IMG/VR virus record: IMGVR_UViG_3300042731_007944 | Coordinates: 32,001 to 96,000 of that record | DNA from: a virus | Length of the DNA stretch: 64,000 nt | Direction: 5' to 3' (one strand) | In this document: one piece after another, positions 55,892-64,000 of the stretch | Position numbering within the stretch: the stretch's first letter is position 1 | Layout: each line of letters starts with the position of its first letter | Notes under the pieces: generated by a model | Database searches by the model: none | The model's input: only the letters and a program-made list of their open reading frames with translations | Told to the model about the DNA's origin: nothing | Translations under genes and position numbers: made by a program

Positions 55892-56842
55892 TCACCTCAC
55901 AAGCAGCGTCCACACCCACATCGCCTCTCGCAGTCGGTCCCAATACTCACCTTCAGGCAAGGCAAGCGACAAGTGGTGATAGCACCCGGCGACGGTGTTT
56001 CCGGTCAGGACAACATCGTCAAGCGTCTTCCAGAGCGTGTCATTGATCGGCAGGCCCGGCGTTTCCTTCTCAAGATTCTTCCAGACGTTTGAGGCGCGGG
56101 CGTGCTGGACAAACGGACGCCCGTAGGTCATCGAAAAGCGCAGGTGGTCAAGAATGCGTTTCACAAACAGTCCACACCAGATGTCTCCGAATCGGTCAAA
56201 CGGGTATGCCTGCCCCATAAGCAAAAAATACATGGCCGGCAGCATCTTCACGCGAAACGCCAAATTCATCCCACAGACCGGAAAGTATGTCCCGATCGGA
56301 GCCGTGCCTTCGCGGAGGCTTGTGAATTGAGGAGTGCGTTGATCGGTGAGTTGTGTAGGCGCGTCAAGATCGAGCACGCCTTTCCAGAGACCAAGATTGA
56401 CCATGACCGGGTGTTCGCGGTCTCGCTGAAAATACGGGATGCCCCGCACGTCGATCCCGTCAACTGTGGATTGCCACGCGGGATCGTGACCAGAGGAGAG
56501 GAGCCGGTCAGCGTGCAGGGCAAAAAATTTATCAGGCGGTGTGTCGTCTGTCGGAAAGCAGTCATCGTCCAGGGTAACAATAATATCCGCCCCAGCTTGC
56601 GCCGCTTTCAAAAACCCATAGCTACGGATACAATCAGAGCGCCGGGGAATAATCCAGGCATATTCTTGGAGATCCCGATCAATGTCATTCCAGGCGTACT
56701 GCGTGACACCGGACAAACGAAAGGTCTTTTCCGGGTTGTCCTCTACGACAATCGTCTGTGGCAAGCCGTCACGCCAGGCGTCGAGAAAGCGCGTGATACA
56801 GTTTTCGCGGATCGTGGGGACAACGAGGATAATTTTATCCAT
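55892..56842 (-). CDS. GT75 / reversibly glycosylated polypeptide (UDP-arabinopyranose mutase-like)
   Basis: IRSYGF, TLDDDC, RGIPY, GLW...D.DAPTQL, CGMNLAF, MYFLLMG, DRFGDIWCG, HARASNVWKNLEKE. Confidence 0.85.
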   Translation of the reverse strand: MDKIILVVPTIRENCITRFLDAWRDGLPQTIVVEDNPEKTFRLSGVTQYAWNDIDRDLQEYAWIIPRRSDCIRSYGFLKAAQAGADIIVTLDDDCFPTDDTPPDKFFALHADRLLSSGHDPAWQSTVDGIDVRGIPYFQRDREHPVMVNLGLWKGVLDLDAPTQLTDQRTPQFTSLREGTAPIGTYFPVCGMNLAFRVKMLPAMYFLLMGQAYPFDRFGDIWCGLFVKRILDHLRFSMTYGRPFVQHARASNVWKNLEKETPGLPINDTLWKTLDDVVLTGNTVAGCYHHLSLALPEGEYWDRLREAMWVWTLLVR

Positions 56843-57587
56843 GATTCAAGACGTATAACCCGGCCAGCCCGCCAGGAAACCAATGATTCATCCAGGTCCG
56901 CCCGTCTGAAATCTCGTACCCGTGCGCCAGACTTGCCGCTGTACTGAGCGTCTGAAACGAATTTGTGGAATGCCAACGAGACGACTTCAACTCCAACACC
57001 TTCACCTTCTCAATTTCATTCATGAGGCCCACGTGCAACCCGGCCTTCAGACATATCTGATGCGAGGCGTGATCGATCCCGTTGACGTTCCCGCCGTCCG
57101 GATAGAGTTTCCAGTTCAATTTGTCCATCCCGGCGGCGGTGATCATGCGTCCGTTGCCGTCCGGCTCACTGGCACGGCTGCCCTGATACCCGCGTGCAAT
57201 CACCTCTCCGGTCTCGACATTCAGCACGTTAAACACGCTTTTCCCGGTCACATCAAGATGGTTGCGCATCATGTAGTCATACCCGATTCGGCAGTAGTCA
57301 TCCGTGAGCCAGGAGTCTGAGCCGGTTGTCACAATCGCCAGCGGGTTCAACTTGCGGGCGTAGTCGATCCCGGCCTGATATTTCTCTGACAAGGGCAGGT
57401 TTTTGTGTTGCACGTACAGACAGCCGGTTTCTTTCGCCATGCGGTACTCTGCGTCTGAGTCGCCAACGACCACCACGTTGATCGGAACCGTCTGCCACAA
57501 CAGGCGCTCACAGGTCAAGCGCGTGATCGCTTCACGCGCCGGGGTGTCAAAATGGATGGCGAGGACCGCCACAATCGCTCTATTCAT
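56835..57587 (-). CDS. GT-A fold glycosyltransferase-like protein
   Basis: NLPLSEKYQAG, TTGSDSW, GNGRMI. Confidence 0.6.
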   Translation of the reverse strand: MNRAIVAVLAIHFDTPAREAITRLTCERLLWQTVPINVVVVGDSDAEYRMAKETGCLYVQHKNLPLSEKYQAGIDYARKLNPLAIVTTGSDSWLTDDYCRIGYDYMMRNHLDVTGKSVFNVLNVETGEVIARGYQGSRASEPDGNGRMITAAGMDKLNWKLYPDGGNVNGIDHASHQICLKAGLHVGLMNEIEKVKVLELKSSRWHSTNSFQTLSTAASLAHGYEISDGRTWMNHWFPGGLAGLYVLNHG

Positions 57588-58318
57588 TGAAGATCTGCTT
57601 CCGTTCGTTCAGGCGGAGGGACATACACGTTCCCGGCCTGGATCTGCTGTTTGCGTGCTGAAAAATGCGACAGGGCCGTATGCAGGATCTCCCATTTCAT
57701 CTGACGATAGGCGCTGTCTGCGTCCACATCGTCGCCGTGGTGCACAGAGACGTCATCCCCCACAAAATAATTCAGCAGGCCCGTCTGTCGAATGCGTAAG
57801 CCCCAATCAGAATCTCCTAGCCCGTACTTGCCATACCCTTCATAGAAATAGCCGATCCGATCATGCAGCGATCGGGACCAAAGACCACCGCCAAACACCG
57901 CCCCTTTCACGACCTTGATCGCGATCCCGTTGCGGACTTCCGGCGTGCCGTGATCCTTGCCCACACAATAGAACCCTACCATGCCGGTCTCTGGGATCAC
58001 GGCTGCCGCTGTCACGAGTTTCTTGAGCCATTGTGTCGGATATTCAATATCCCCGGCAATATAGGCAATATACTCACCGGATGCCCGGAGGACCAATTGG
58101 TTGAGCATCTGATAATTGCCCTGATTTTCACGGTTGCGCCGAAAATAGACCGGGTTGAGGGCCTGAATCAGATCGGCGACCTCGTGCGAATTTGTGCCGT
58201 TGTCACAGACCAAAAATTCGATATCTTGCCATCCAGCGCGGGCAAACGTCTGTGGTAAGCAACGATGCAGCATCTTGACCCTGGGGGCCGGGCCGACATT
58301 CAAAATAATCGAAATCAT
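57584..58318 (-). CDS. GT2-family glycosyltransferase
   Basis: VCDNGT, ENQG, ASGEYI, IGYFYEGY.KYG..DSDW..R. Confidence 0.85.
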   Translation of the reverse strand: MISIILNVGPAPRVKMLHRCLPQTFARAGWQDIEFLVCDNGTNSHEVADLIQALNPVYFRRNRENQGNYQMLNQLVLRASGEYIAYIAGDIEYPTQWLKKLVTAAAVIPETGMVGFYCVGKDHGTPEVRNGIAIKVVKGAVFGGGLWSRSLHDRIGYFYEGYGKYGLGDSDWGLRIRQTGLLNYFVGDDVSVHHGDDVDADSAYRQMKWEILHTALSHFSARKQQIQAGNVYVPPPERTEADLQ

Positions 58319-59334
58319 ACGCCACCTCCGACGACATGACGCCGAAATTGGGTGTCATAGACCTCGGCGACGCTCAAGAAGTGCTGCTGCAATTCGTCAA
58401 CGACAGGCCCTGTCCCATTTCGCGCCAATGCCGCTGCTCGCGCCAGGCGTGATTCAATCTGTTGGGGCGAGGCGTACAGCAGCCGATCAGCCTGCTCAAT
58501 TCCGGTTGTCCATTCCGGCCACTTCGGCCCCACGGTCAGCATGCCGCCAAACGTCGCCTCAAGTTGGGCAATATTGCTTTTGGCCCGGTTAAAGGCATTG
58601 TCACGGAGCGGGACGACCATCATGTCTGCGCGTGGCCCGTCTGCGATCAGCCATCGAAAATAGGCTTCCATCGGAATTTCCCCCCGTTGATACACAGGAC
58701 AGAGCGCTGTGAGTCGTTCAATCAGCCATTGCGGGGCGATGCCGACAAGATGCCATTCAACGGTGTGCTGCTTCGAGAATGCCAGAATGCCGTCAGCAGA
58801 ATCGATCCAATCTGCTGCATGGGTTTGTGACCCTCGCCAGAGAAGTTTCAGCCGTTCTCCCGGGGGCTGCGGGGCGGTACAGATCCGCCAGCGGACCGGG
58901 AGCCGATTGCGGATGATCTGGATTTTCTCATGATAGCGTTCCGGGAAGGCGTGTTGAAAGGCGGCTGTTGACACGGTGACGCGATCCGCCATATCCGCAC
59001 ATTTCAGGATGCCGTTTTTAACCGCCGTGGGATCGACGTAATAGAGGCGGGCCTGATTGCCGGGCGGAATTTCCCACAGCAGATCATCCCAATCACACCA
59101 GACCGGGACCTGACAGTCTCTGGCGATCTTGAGCACCTCAAAATGGGATGACGTACACGGGCGCTGCAGCACCACAAGCGACTTATCCGCAATCGTGGAC
59201 CAGGCCACCCGTTCAGCACGGTGTAAAACGATTTGTGTGTCAGGATCGCGGGCCAGGTCGCCAAATGGCCCCCAACCGCGGTAAAATGAAGTCGCGTCTT
59301 TTTCATCTGGGCATAAGAGGAGGATATGATTCAT
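58315..59334 (-). CDS. GT-B fold (GT4-like) glycosyltransferase
   Basis: VLQR, DWDDLLW, ADRVTVST, WRGSQTH, PLRDNAFNRAKSNI..LE. Confidence 0.8.
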   Translation of the reverse strand: MNHILLLCPDEKDATSFYRGWGPFGDLARDPDTQIVLHRAERVAWSTIADKSLVVLQRPCTSSHFEVLKIARDCQVPVWCDWDDLLWEIPPGNQARLYYVDPTAVKNGILKCADMADRVTVSTAAFQHAFPERYHEKIQIIRNRLPVRWRICTAPQPPGERLKLLWRGSQTHAADWIDSADGILAFSKQHTVEWHLVGIAPQWLIERLTALCPVYQRGEIPMEAYFRWLIADGPRADMMVVPLRDNAFNRAKSNIAQLEATFGGMLTVGPKWPEWTTGIEQADRLLYASPQQIESRLARAAALARNGTGPVVDELQQHFLSVAEVYDTQFRRHVVGGGV

Positions 59335-59439
59335 GCGGGGGGACTATAGCAGATCGTGAAGAAATGCGCAAGAAGTTTTGTGAAAAATTTAATTATTTTC
59401 TTCGGAGGGTACGTTCAAGACATCTCCTTTTCCTTCCAT

Positions 59440-61278
59440 TTATCGATGACGAAAGCGGTCATACGCGCTGCGGGCCGGTGGTTGATTCCGGCGCGGTTCC
59501 TGGCTCTGGGCGGGTTTCTTGCGCGGGCGCTTCTGTAATTGTGTATACAGCATGGTCATGGCGTCAGCCGTATCAATTTTATACTCGATCTCCATCAGCT
59601 TATGGGTATTCGTTCCGGGTATCCAGCCACACCATTGCGTGACAAGCAAATCCTGCTGCGAGTGCCCGCTCATGACATGAATGCGTTGCTGTTCAAGCTC
59701 CGGACGGATGGCGAGCAGGCGTAAATCCTTATTCCCTCCGGGCGGGACCTCTTTTACGGGCAATGGATCCCAGAAGTCTGCGCGGGACGGGTGTCTGTGT
59801 TGCGCATTTTCAGCCCCCTGCTGAAAAAACGACCGGCCTAACCCTTTCGCCGACACAATCGCTTCGAGGAAGACAGAGGCCGTGCGATCCTGGGTGCGAA
59901 ACTGCCGCCAATAGATCTCATGCGCGACGGAGAGCAGCTTTTCCGGTGTGGCCTGATCGCTCCAGACCTCCAGAATATACAAATCCCGTGTTGTCAGGTT
60001 AAACGCCCCTGCGACAATCGCCATCGGATCCGTGCCTTCTTTCGGCTCACCACTGGTATCAATTGCCAACCCGAACCGATAGAGCCCACGTGGTAACGTG
60101 CCGTCATACGGGACAAACCACTCACGGAACACCTTTTGAAAGGCCGCGTCTGATGTGACATGTTGGCGCTCTTGCATGAAGGCCCCAGTGTCCTCTGCCG
60201 CGTCAAACACAAAAAACGCCATCGAATAGACCTCCGGCCAATAACTCTGTAACGCGCCATCTCTTCCGAGAAACCCGTCTTCGTCGCCTTCGTCCGGGAT
60301 CGCAAAAAACGGCGCGTATTTCTCCCGGTTCGCGCGGATATATGCCCAGCGCTCCCGGTCAGTAATTTCCAACTCCTCCGGGGAAATCTCCTCGGCGTCA
60401 AGTTGCGCCTCTTTCTCTCGTTCGATCTGGTCGCAAAAGTCGCTGATGTGACGGGCGTCTTCTGAGATCACGGCCATTAACTGTTTGATCCGATCCGGAT
60501 GTCCATTGATCGCCGGAATCTTAATGACCTTGACCATCGGAGACTGCGACAGTTGCCACGCGGCGTCCGTCTGGCTGATCGAGGTCCCTAAATAGCACCG
60601 TCGTAAAATGCCTTCACCAGGCAGTGGCCCGGCCTTTGCCAGATCCTTTGTGATCATGTCATAGATAAACTTTGTCTCTGACCGGCTTTTGGCGTTCTTC
60701 AGGTCAACGAGATCATTACAGATGGCGAGCGTGATCCGGTGTTCATGATGGGTTGAACCACGGCTTTTCAATTGGTTCAACCCCATAAATCGAATGATGC
60801 AGCCGTTTGTAAAATTCAGTTCGCCGCTGGACGGCGACCAGGGCGTAGATGGGCGCACGTCCGGAAAGTCGTGAATGACCTTTTGATTTTCCTCAAACAC
60901 CTTCACGAATTTCTGGACAATCGTTCCGGCCAGATCGCCATCATGCTCGATCTGGACGATATACGGCTCCAGGCTATAACAGACGGCATGGAGGGCGATA
61001 AGAAACAGGATCGTGCTTTTGCCTGCCCCTCTCGGCAAAAGGACTAAGACGATCCTTGATGTCCGGGTTTGCATGGCCTGAAACATCAAGAAATGATGCG
61101 GGGCATACTCGGCAGTCACATAGTCCGGAATGTAGGTTTTTCCGAAGAGAGGGATGTCGCGTTCGCATGCCAGACGATCAGGGAGGAAGATGACGTCTTT
61201 CCCGGTAGGGACCGCTACGGTGAAATGAACAGCACGACGAGCGTTTTCTTGATAGCGGCGTTGACGGCGTTTCAGCAT
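59440..61278 (-). CDS. terL: terminase large subunit
   Basis: Walker A PRGAGKST, ICNDL, LAIDTS...D..AI, DTADA nuclease motifs. Confidence 0.88.
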   Translation of the reverse strand: MLKRRQRRYQENARRAVHFTVAVPTGKDVIFLPDRLACERDIPLFGKTYIPDYVTAEYAPHHFLMFQAMQTRTSRIVLVLLPRGAGKSTILFLIALHAVCYSLEPYIVQIEHDGDLAGTIVQKFVKVFEENQKVIHDFPDVRPSTPWSPSSGELNFTNGCIIRFMGLNQLKSRGSTHHEHRITLAICNDLVDLKNAKSRSETKFIYDMITKDLAKAGPLPGEGILRRCYLGTSISQTDAAWQLSQSPMVKVIKIPAINGHPDRIKQLMAVISEDARHISDFCDQIEREKEAQLDAEEISPEELEITDRERWAYIRANREKYAPFFAIPDEGDEDGFLGRDGALQSYWPEVYSMAFFVFDAAEDTGAFMQERQHVTSDAAFQKVFREWFVPYDGTLPRGLYRFGLAIDTSGEPKEGTDPMAIVAGAFNLTTRDLYILEVWSDQATPEKLLSVAHEIYWRQFRTQDRTASVFLEAIVSAKGLGRSFFQQGAENAQHRHPSRADFWDPLPVKEVPPGGNKDLRLLAIRPELEQQRIHVMSGHSQQDLLVTQWCGWIPGTNTHKLMEIEYKIDTADAMTMLYTQLQKRPRKKPAQSQEPRRNQPPARSAYDRFRHR

Positions 61279-61282
61279 CGCA

Positions 61283-61756
61283 TCACCGCCCTAATTCTGC
61301 AAGTTTCTGTCGGTGGACCTCAAGACAGTCATTCAACAGGTGCGCGGCCTGCGTGGAATCTTCAAGGGCGTAGTGTTCCCGTATCCACTCTATCGCCATC
61401 ATCGCCCCTTCGATGATTTGTAGGACTGGTAGGGCTTCGGCCTGATTCAGCATTTTTTCACGGGAGGCCATGTGATTCGCAATGGTCACAGAAAGATCTC
61501 GGTGTGCCTGGAAATTGTCTTTCGAGAGGGTGAGTGCATAATAGGAGAGATCGCCAATTACCACCTCAAGATCGGCAATGCTGGTATCAATGCCGTGCTT
61601 TGGGCAAACGTCTTTTGTCCATCCACATACTCTCGCTTTTTTAATGATGGTAGATTTAGCGATTGTTGTACGGTTCTTTATGGTCGCTAAATCATAGCCT
61701 AATTTATAGAGCCGTTCCGCCTCTTCCCAGGCAGCTTTCGGTTTTGGTTTCGCCAT
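61283..61756 (-). CDS. terminase small subunit
   Basis: N-terminal HTH (AERLYKLG..LATI...KSTI....GW) directly upstream of terL. Confidence 0.6.
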   Translation of the reverse strand: MAKPKPKAAWEEAERLYKLGYDLATIKNRTTIAKSTIIKKARVCGWTKDVCPKHGIDTSIADLEVVIGDLSYYALTLSKDNFQAHRDLSVTIANHMASREKMLNQAEALPVLQIIEGAMMAIEWIREHYALEDSTQAAHLLNDCLEVHRQKLAELGR

Positions 61757-61928
61757 TAAGTGGATACCTAAAGCATTATGACATAAATCTTTCTCTTTTG
61801 TTAGTATCGAAAATTCGCCGTCTTGTGAATTTAGGTACAAGATAACAGGGCGGGAGCGGTTTGGCAAGGAATTTTTTGTGGGGGCTGCGTTTCAGCCTAG
61901 CTCTGGAGGACAGAGAAATGGCGTGCAG

Positions 61929-62144
61929 TCAGACGGGTTTCAGCAGTTCCTGACAGGCGGCCCGTATTTCTCGTTTACGAGGATTGTGGGCGCTCACGCC
62001 CCGGACATAATACTGAATGGCATCAGTCCATTGCTTTCCGGTTCGAGGCGTGGCCGCCTGTTCCAAAATCGTTTTGTACTGTGCCGGTTCGTGATAGTGC
62101 TTCAGCCATTCACGGATGTAGTCTTGCAATTTTTTACTGTCCAT
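61929..62144 (-). CDS. hypothetical protein
   Basis: GAGGTG RBS. Confidence 0.5.
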   Translation of the reverse strand: MDSKKLQDYIREWLKHYHEPAQYKTILEQAATPRTGKQWTDAIQYYVRGVSAHNPRKREIRAACQELLKPV

Positions 62145-62571
62145 AGTATTTCACCTCGAACAATCCGAGTTGTCCCTTACACGCCATGAACGGCAACGGC
62201 TCCGGGTGTTCCAGCACCCAATGCCACTGCCCTTTTATCGCCCAGATGCTCGGATGGTTCTGCACGCAATCCACCAGATCGACCTTGCCGACAATGCCAC
62301 CCGTCAAGAAGACCTCGCCAAACGTCCGCTTGCCGCTCTCTCGTATCCACTGCTTGACGATCTCTATCGTGATGCCATAACGTTCCATCACAAGATCGAA
62401 CATCTCCGGATCGATACTAGCTTTCCCACTTTGGATGTTCTCATCCCACAACTTCCCGGCATGGATAAACAACGGGCCGCGATAGGGCGTGTACCATGTC
62501 CGGTTTTCAATATTTTTGCCCTGGTGTAAGATAAGCCAACTCCAGGGTTGTCTAATACTCAACGTTTTCAT
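62134..62571 (-). CDS. ASCH domain protein
   Basis: LSIRQPWSWLI..GKNIENRTW.T.YRG.L.IHA; KGQLGLF. Confidence 0.9.
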   Translation of the reverse strand: MKTLSIRQPWSWLILHQGKNIENRTWYTPYRGPLFIHAGKLWDENIQSGKASIDPEMFDLVMERYGITIEIVKQWIRESGKRTFGEVFLTGGIVGKVDLVDCVQNHPSIWAIKGQWHWVLEHPEPLPFMACKGQLGLFEVKYYGQ

Positions 62572-62927
62572 GACGTTCCACCATTCGCGAATTTGAGTAG
62601 AACATCCACATGACACGGACCATCCAGCGAACACCAGCAGACAAGATCCTTGCCTCCAAGCTCGCGCTGTAACCGCTGTAAATACCCAGGACTTTGGCAA
62701 AGTTGCGCCATCAATGCCTCATACAGCCGAACCGCATCCTCTCTCGTAATCTTGTAGCTGGCTGGCAGATCAGCCATACCGCAACGGTGAACATAAATAT
62801 CCGGGATGTCACGAAGCGGCATGCCTTCCTTGTATGGGTTCCCGTATTTCGTCGGACGCCCGACATACACGGCATTTTCAGGCATCCGCCAGCCTTTCGT
62901 GCGTTTTCGTTGTATGCGTTTTGGCAT
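62568..62927 (-). CDS. DUF4326 family protein
   Basis: YVGRPTKYGNPY ... LGGKDLVCWC....CHVDVL. Confidence 0.88.
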   Translation of the reverse strand: MPKRIQRKRTKGWRMPENAVYVGRPTKYGNPYKEGMPLRDIPDIYVHRCGMADLPASYKITREDAVRLYEALMAQLCQSPGYLQRLQRELGGKDLVCWCSLDGPCHVDVLLKFANGGTS

Positions 62928-62934
62928 TACTTTT

Positions 62935-63651
62935 TCACCTCAGTTCAGTCAAACTCCGTTTCAAGTAATAGCTCGCGCCGTAGCGTTCAAGCTGTTCCGT
63001 GATGTCCTCTCGAAATTTCAACCAGTCTACGCCGTGCGCGGCCTTGTGATAGTTCAACTTGCCGACCTTCCAATGATCGACCACATCATGCAACATTTCG
63101 ACTACGTTCAACGCTTGGCCTGGATAAATCACTGGTTCCATGCTGACCCACGTCGGAATGCCGCGTATCTTTGCGGCTCGAAGCACCGCGATCCGTTCTG
63201 AAATACTGGCGGCGTTCGGTTCCCATTCCGCCGCACTCTCATCATTGTCGAAGACGAGACTTGTCCCAAATCGCGCCTTGTCATAGCGTTCCAACAAGTC
63301 AAAGTCTCGCACTGCCCGCTTGCCACCCTTCGTCAAAATCGTAAACGGCAAGTTGTGCGCAATGAAGAGTTCTAGCGCCTGTCGTGTCACCCCTAACTCA
63401 ACCTCAGCATGTTGGTACACATCGCCCTGGAAACTCAAGAGAATTTCCGGCGTGTGTCCATTTAGGCGTGAGACATCTTTCCGTAATTTCGCGATAACGT
63501 CACGCTTTGGCGCGGCATCCTGATAGTACGCCTCTTGTTTATAGCGCTTGCCATAGCAATACTCACACCCGTGCGTACAGCCATTGTAGGGATTGCAGGC
63601 AAGATCGGCATACTCACGAGCACGGCCCTGGGGAATGTATAAAATATTCAT
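62935..63651 (-). CDS. radical SAM protein (SplB-like)
   Basis: NPYNGCTHGCEYCY, ILTKG, WVSMEP. Confidence 0.85.
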   Translation of the reverse strand: MNILYIPQGRAREYADLACNPYNGCTHGCEYCYGKRYKQEAYYQDAAPKRDVIAKLRKDVSRLNGHTPEILLSFQGDVYQHAEVELGVTRQALELFIAHNLPFTILTKGGKRAVRDFDLLERYDKARFGTSLVFDNDESAAEWEPNAASISERIAVLRAAKIRGIPTWVSMEPVIYPGQALNVVEMLHDVVDHWKVGKLNYHKAAHGVDWLKFREDITEQLERYGASYYLKRSLTELR

Positions 63652-63995
63652 CGGTTTTCCTCCTCGCTGTCTTCAGACGCAAGCACCTTTCCACATGACG
63701 CGCAGCGAAACGTAAGATACGACACCTGCGCCGCTGTGTCTCCACAGGCATCACAATATTTCGTGACAAAGACCTGTGCCGTATTATCCGGGTGAATATA
63801 CCGCTGAATAATAGGGATGGCCCTTTCCCATGACACCTGCCAGATGACCTCATACAGCGCCGGACGAAACCGTTTGATCACATCGGCCAACAACCCCGTG
63901 TGATCAAACGACGGATATTTTAGCTTCCAGTCATTCTCCTTTGGAATATCAGCGATCACATAATATTTCCATTCTGCCATCATGTAGGCGATCAA
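63648..63995 (-). CDS. hypothetical Zn-ribbon protein, likely truncated by the window edge
   Basis: CDACG...CASCG. Confidence 0.45.
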   Translation of the reverse strand: MIAYMMAEWKYYVIADIPKENDWKLKYPSFDHTGLLADVIKRFRPALYEVIWQVSWERAIPIIQRYIHPDNTAQVFVTKYCDACGDTAAQVSYLTFRCASCGKVLASEDSEEENR

Positions 63996-64000
63996 TGCCG

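Noticed and set aside
56102-56947. Long antisense ORFs (also 23710-24390, 25616-26314, 5897-6430 and others)
   Set aside because: Shadow frames opposite well-supported genes, with no motifs or RBS

Overview
The window is most of a temperate tailed-phage genome, and it looks like a phage-plasmid. The minus strand carries a Mu/lambda-like morphogenesis module: terminase, DUF935-type portal, protease/scaffold, decoration protein, major capsid, neck, tail tube, frameshifted tail chaperones, tape measure and tail-tip/fibre genes (about 20.9-30.8 kb and 42-61.8 kb). It also has an iteron-containing replication initiator, a ParM/ParR-like partition pair and an FtsK/TraB-like ATPase with clustered GTGGAC(GC) repeats. 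No integrase is visible in the window. Notable cargo: (1) an array-less type IV-B CRISPR-Cas effector operon (cas11-csf2 fusion, csf1, ibrB, ibrA, cysH-like, csf3 cut by the left edge); (2) an integron cassette array with at least 7 attC sites and no integrase, inserted on the opposite strand inside the tail operon; (3) a membrane-anchored sigma54 activator beside two divergent sigma54 promoters; (4) a five-gene sugar cluster including a GT75/RGP-family protein between terminase and portal; (5) an intact IS605 with a reconstructable TTGAT target; (6) two tRNA-like genes and two candidate large structured RNAs; (7) a recurring AACACGG hairpin/terminator motif in the leaders of structural genes. 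All calls come from reading motifs by eye. No database searches or folding programs were run.
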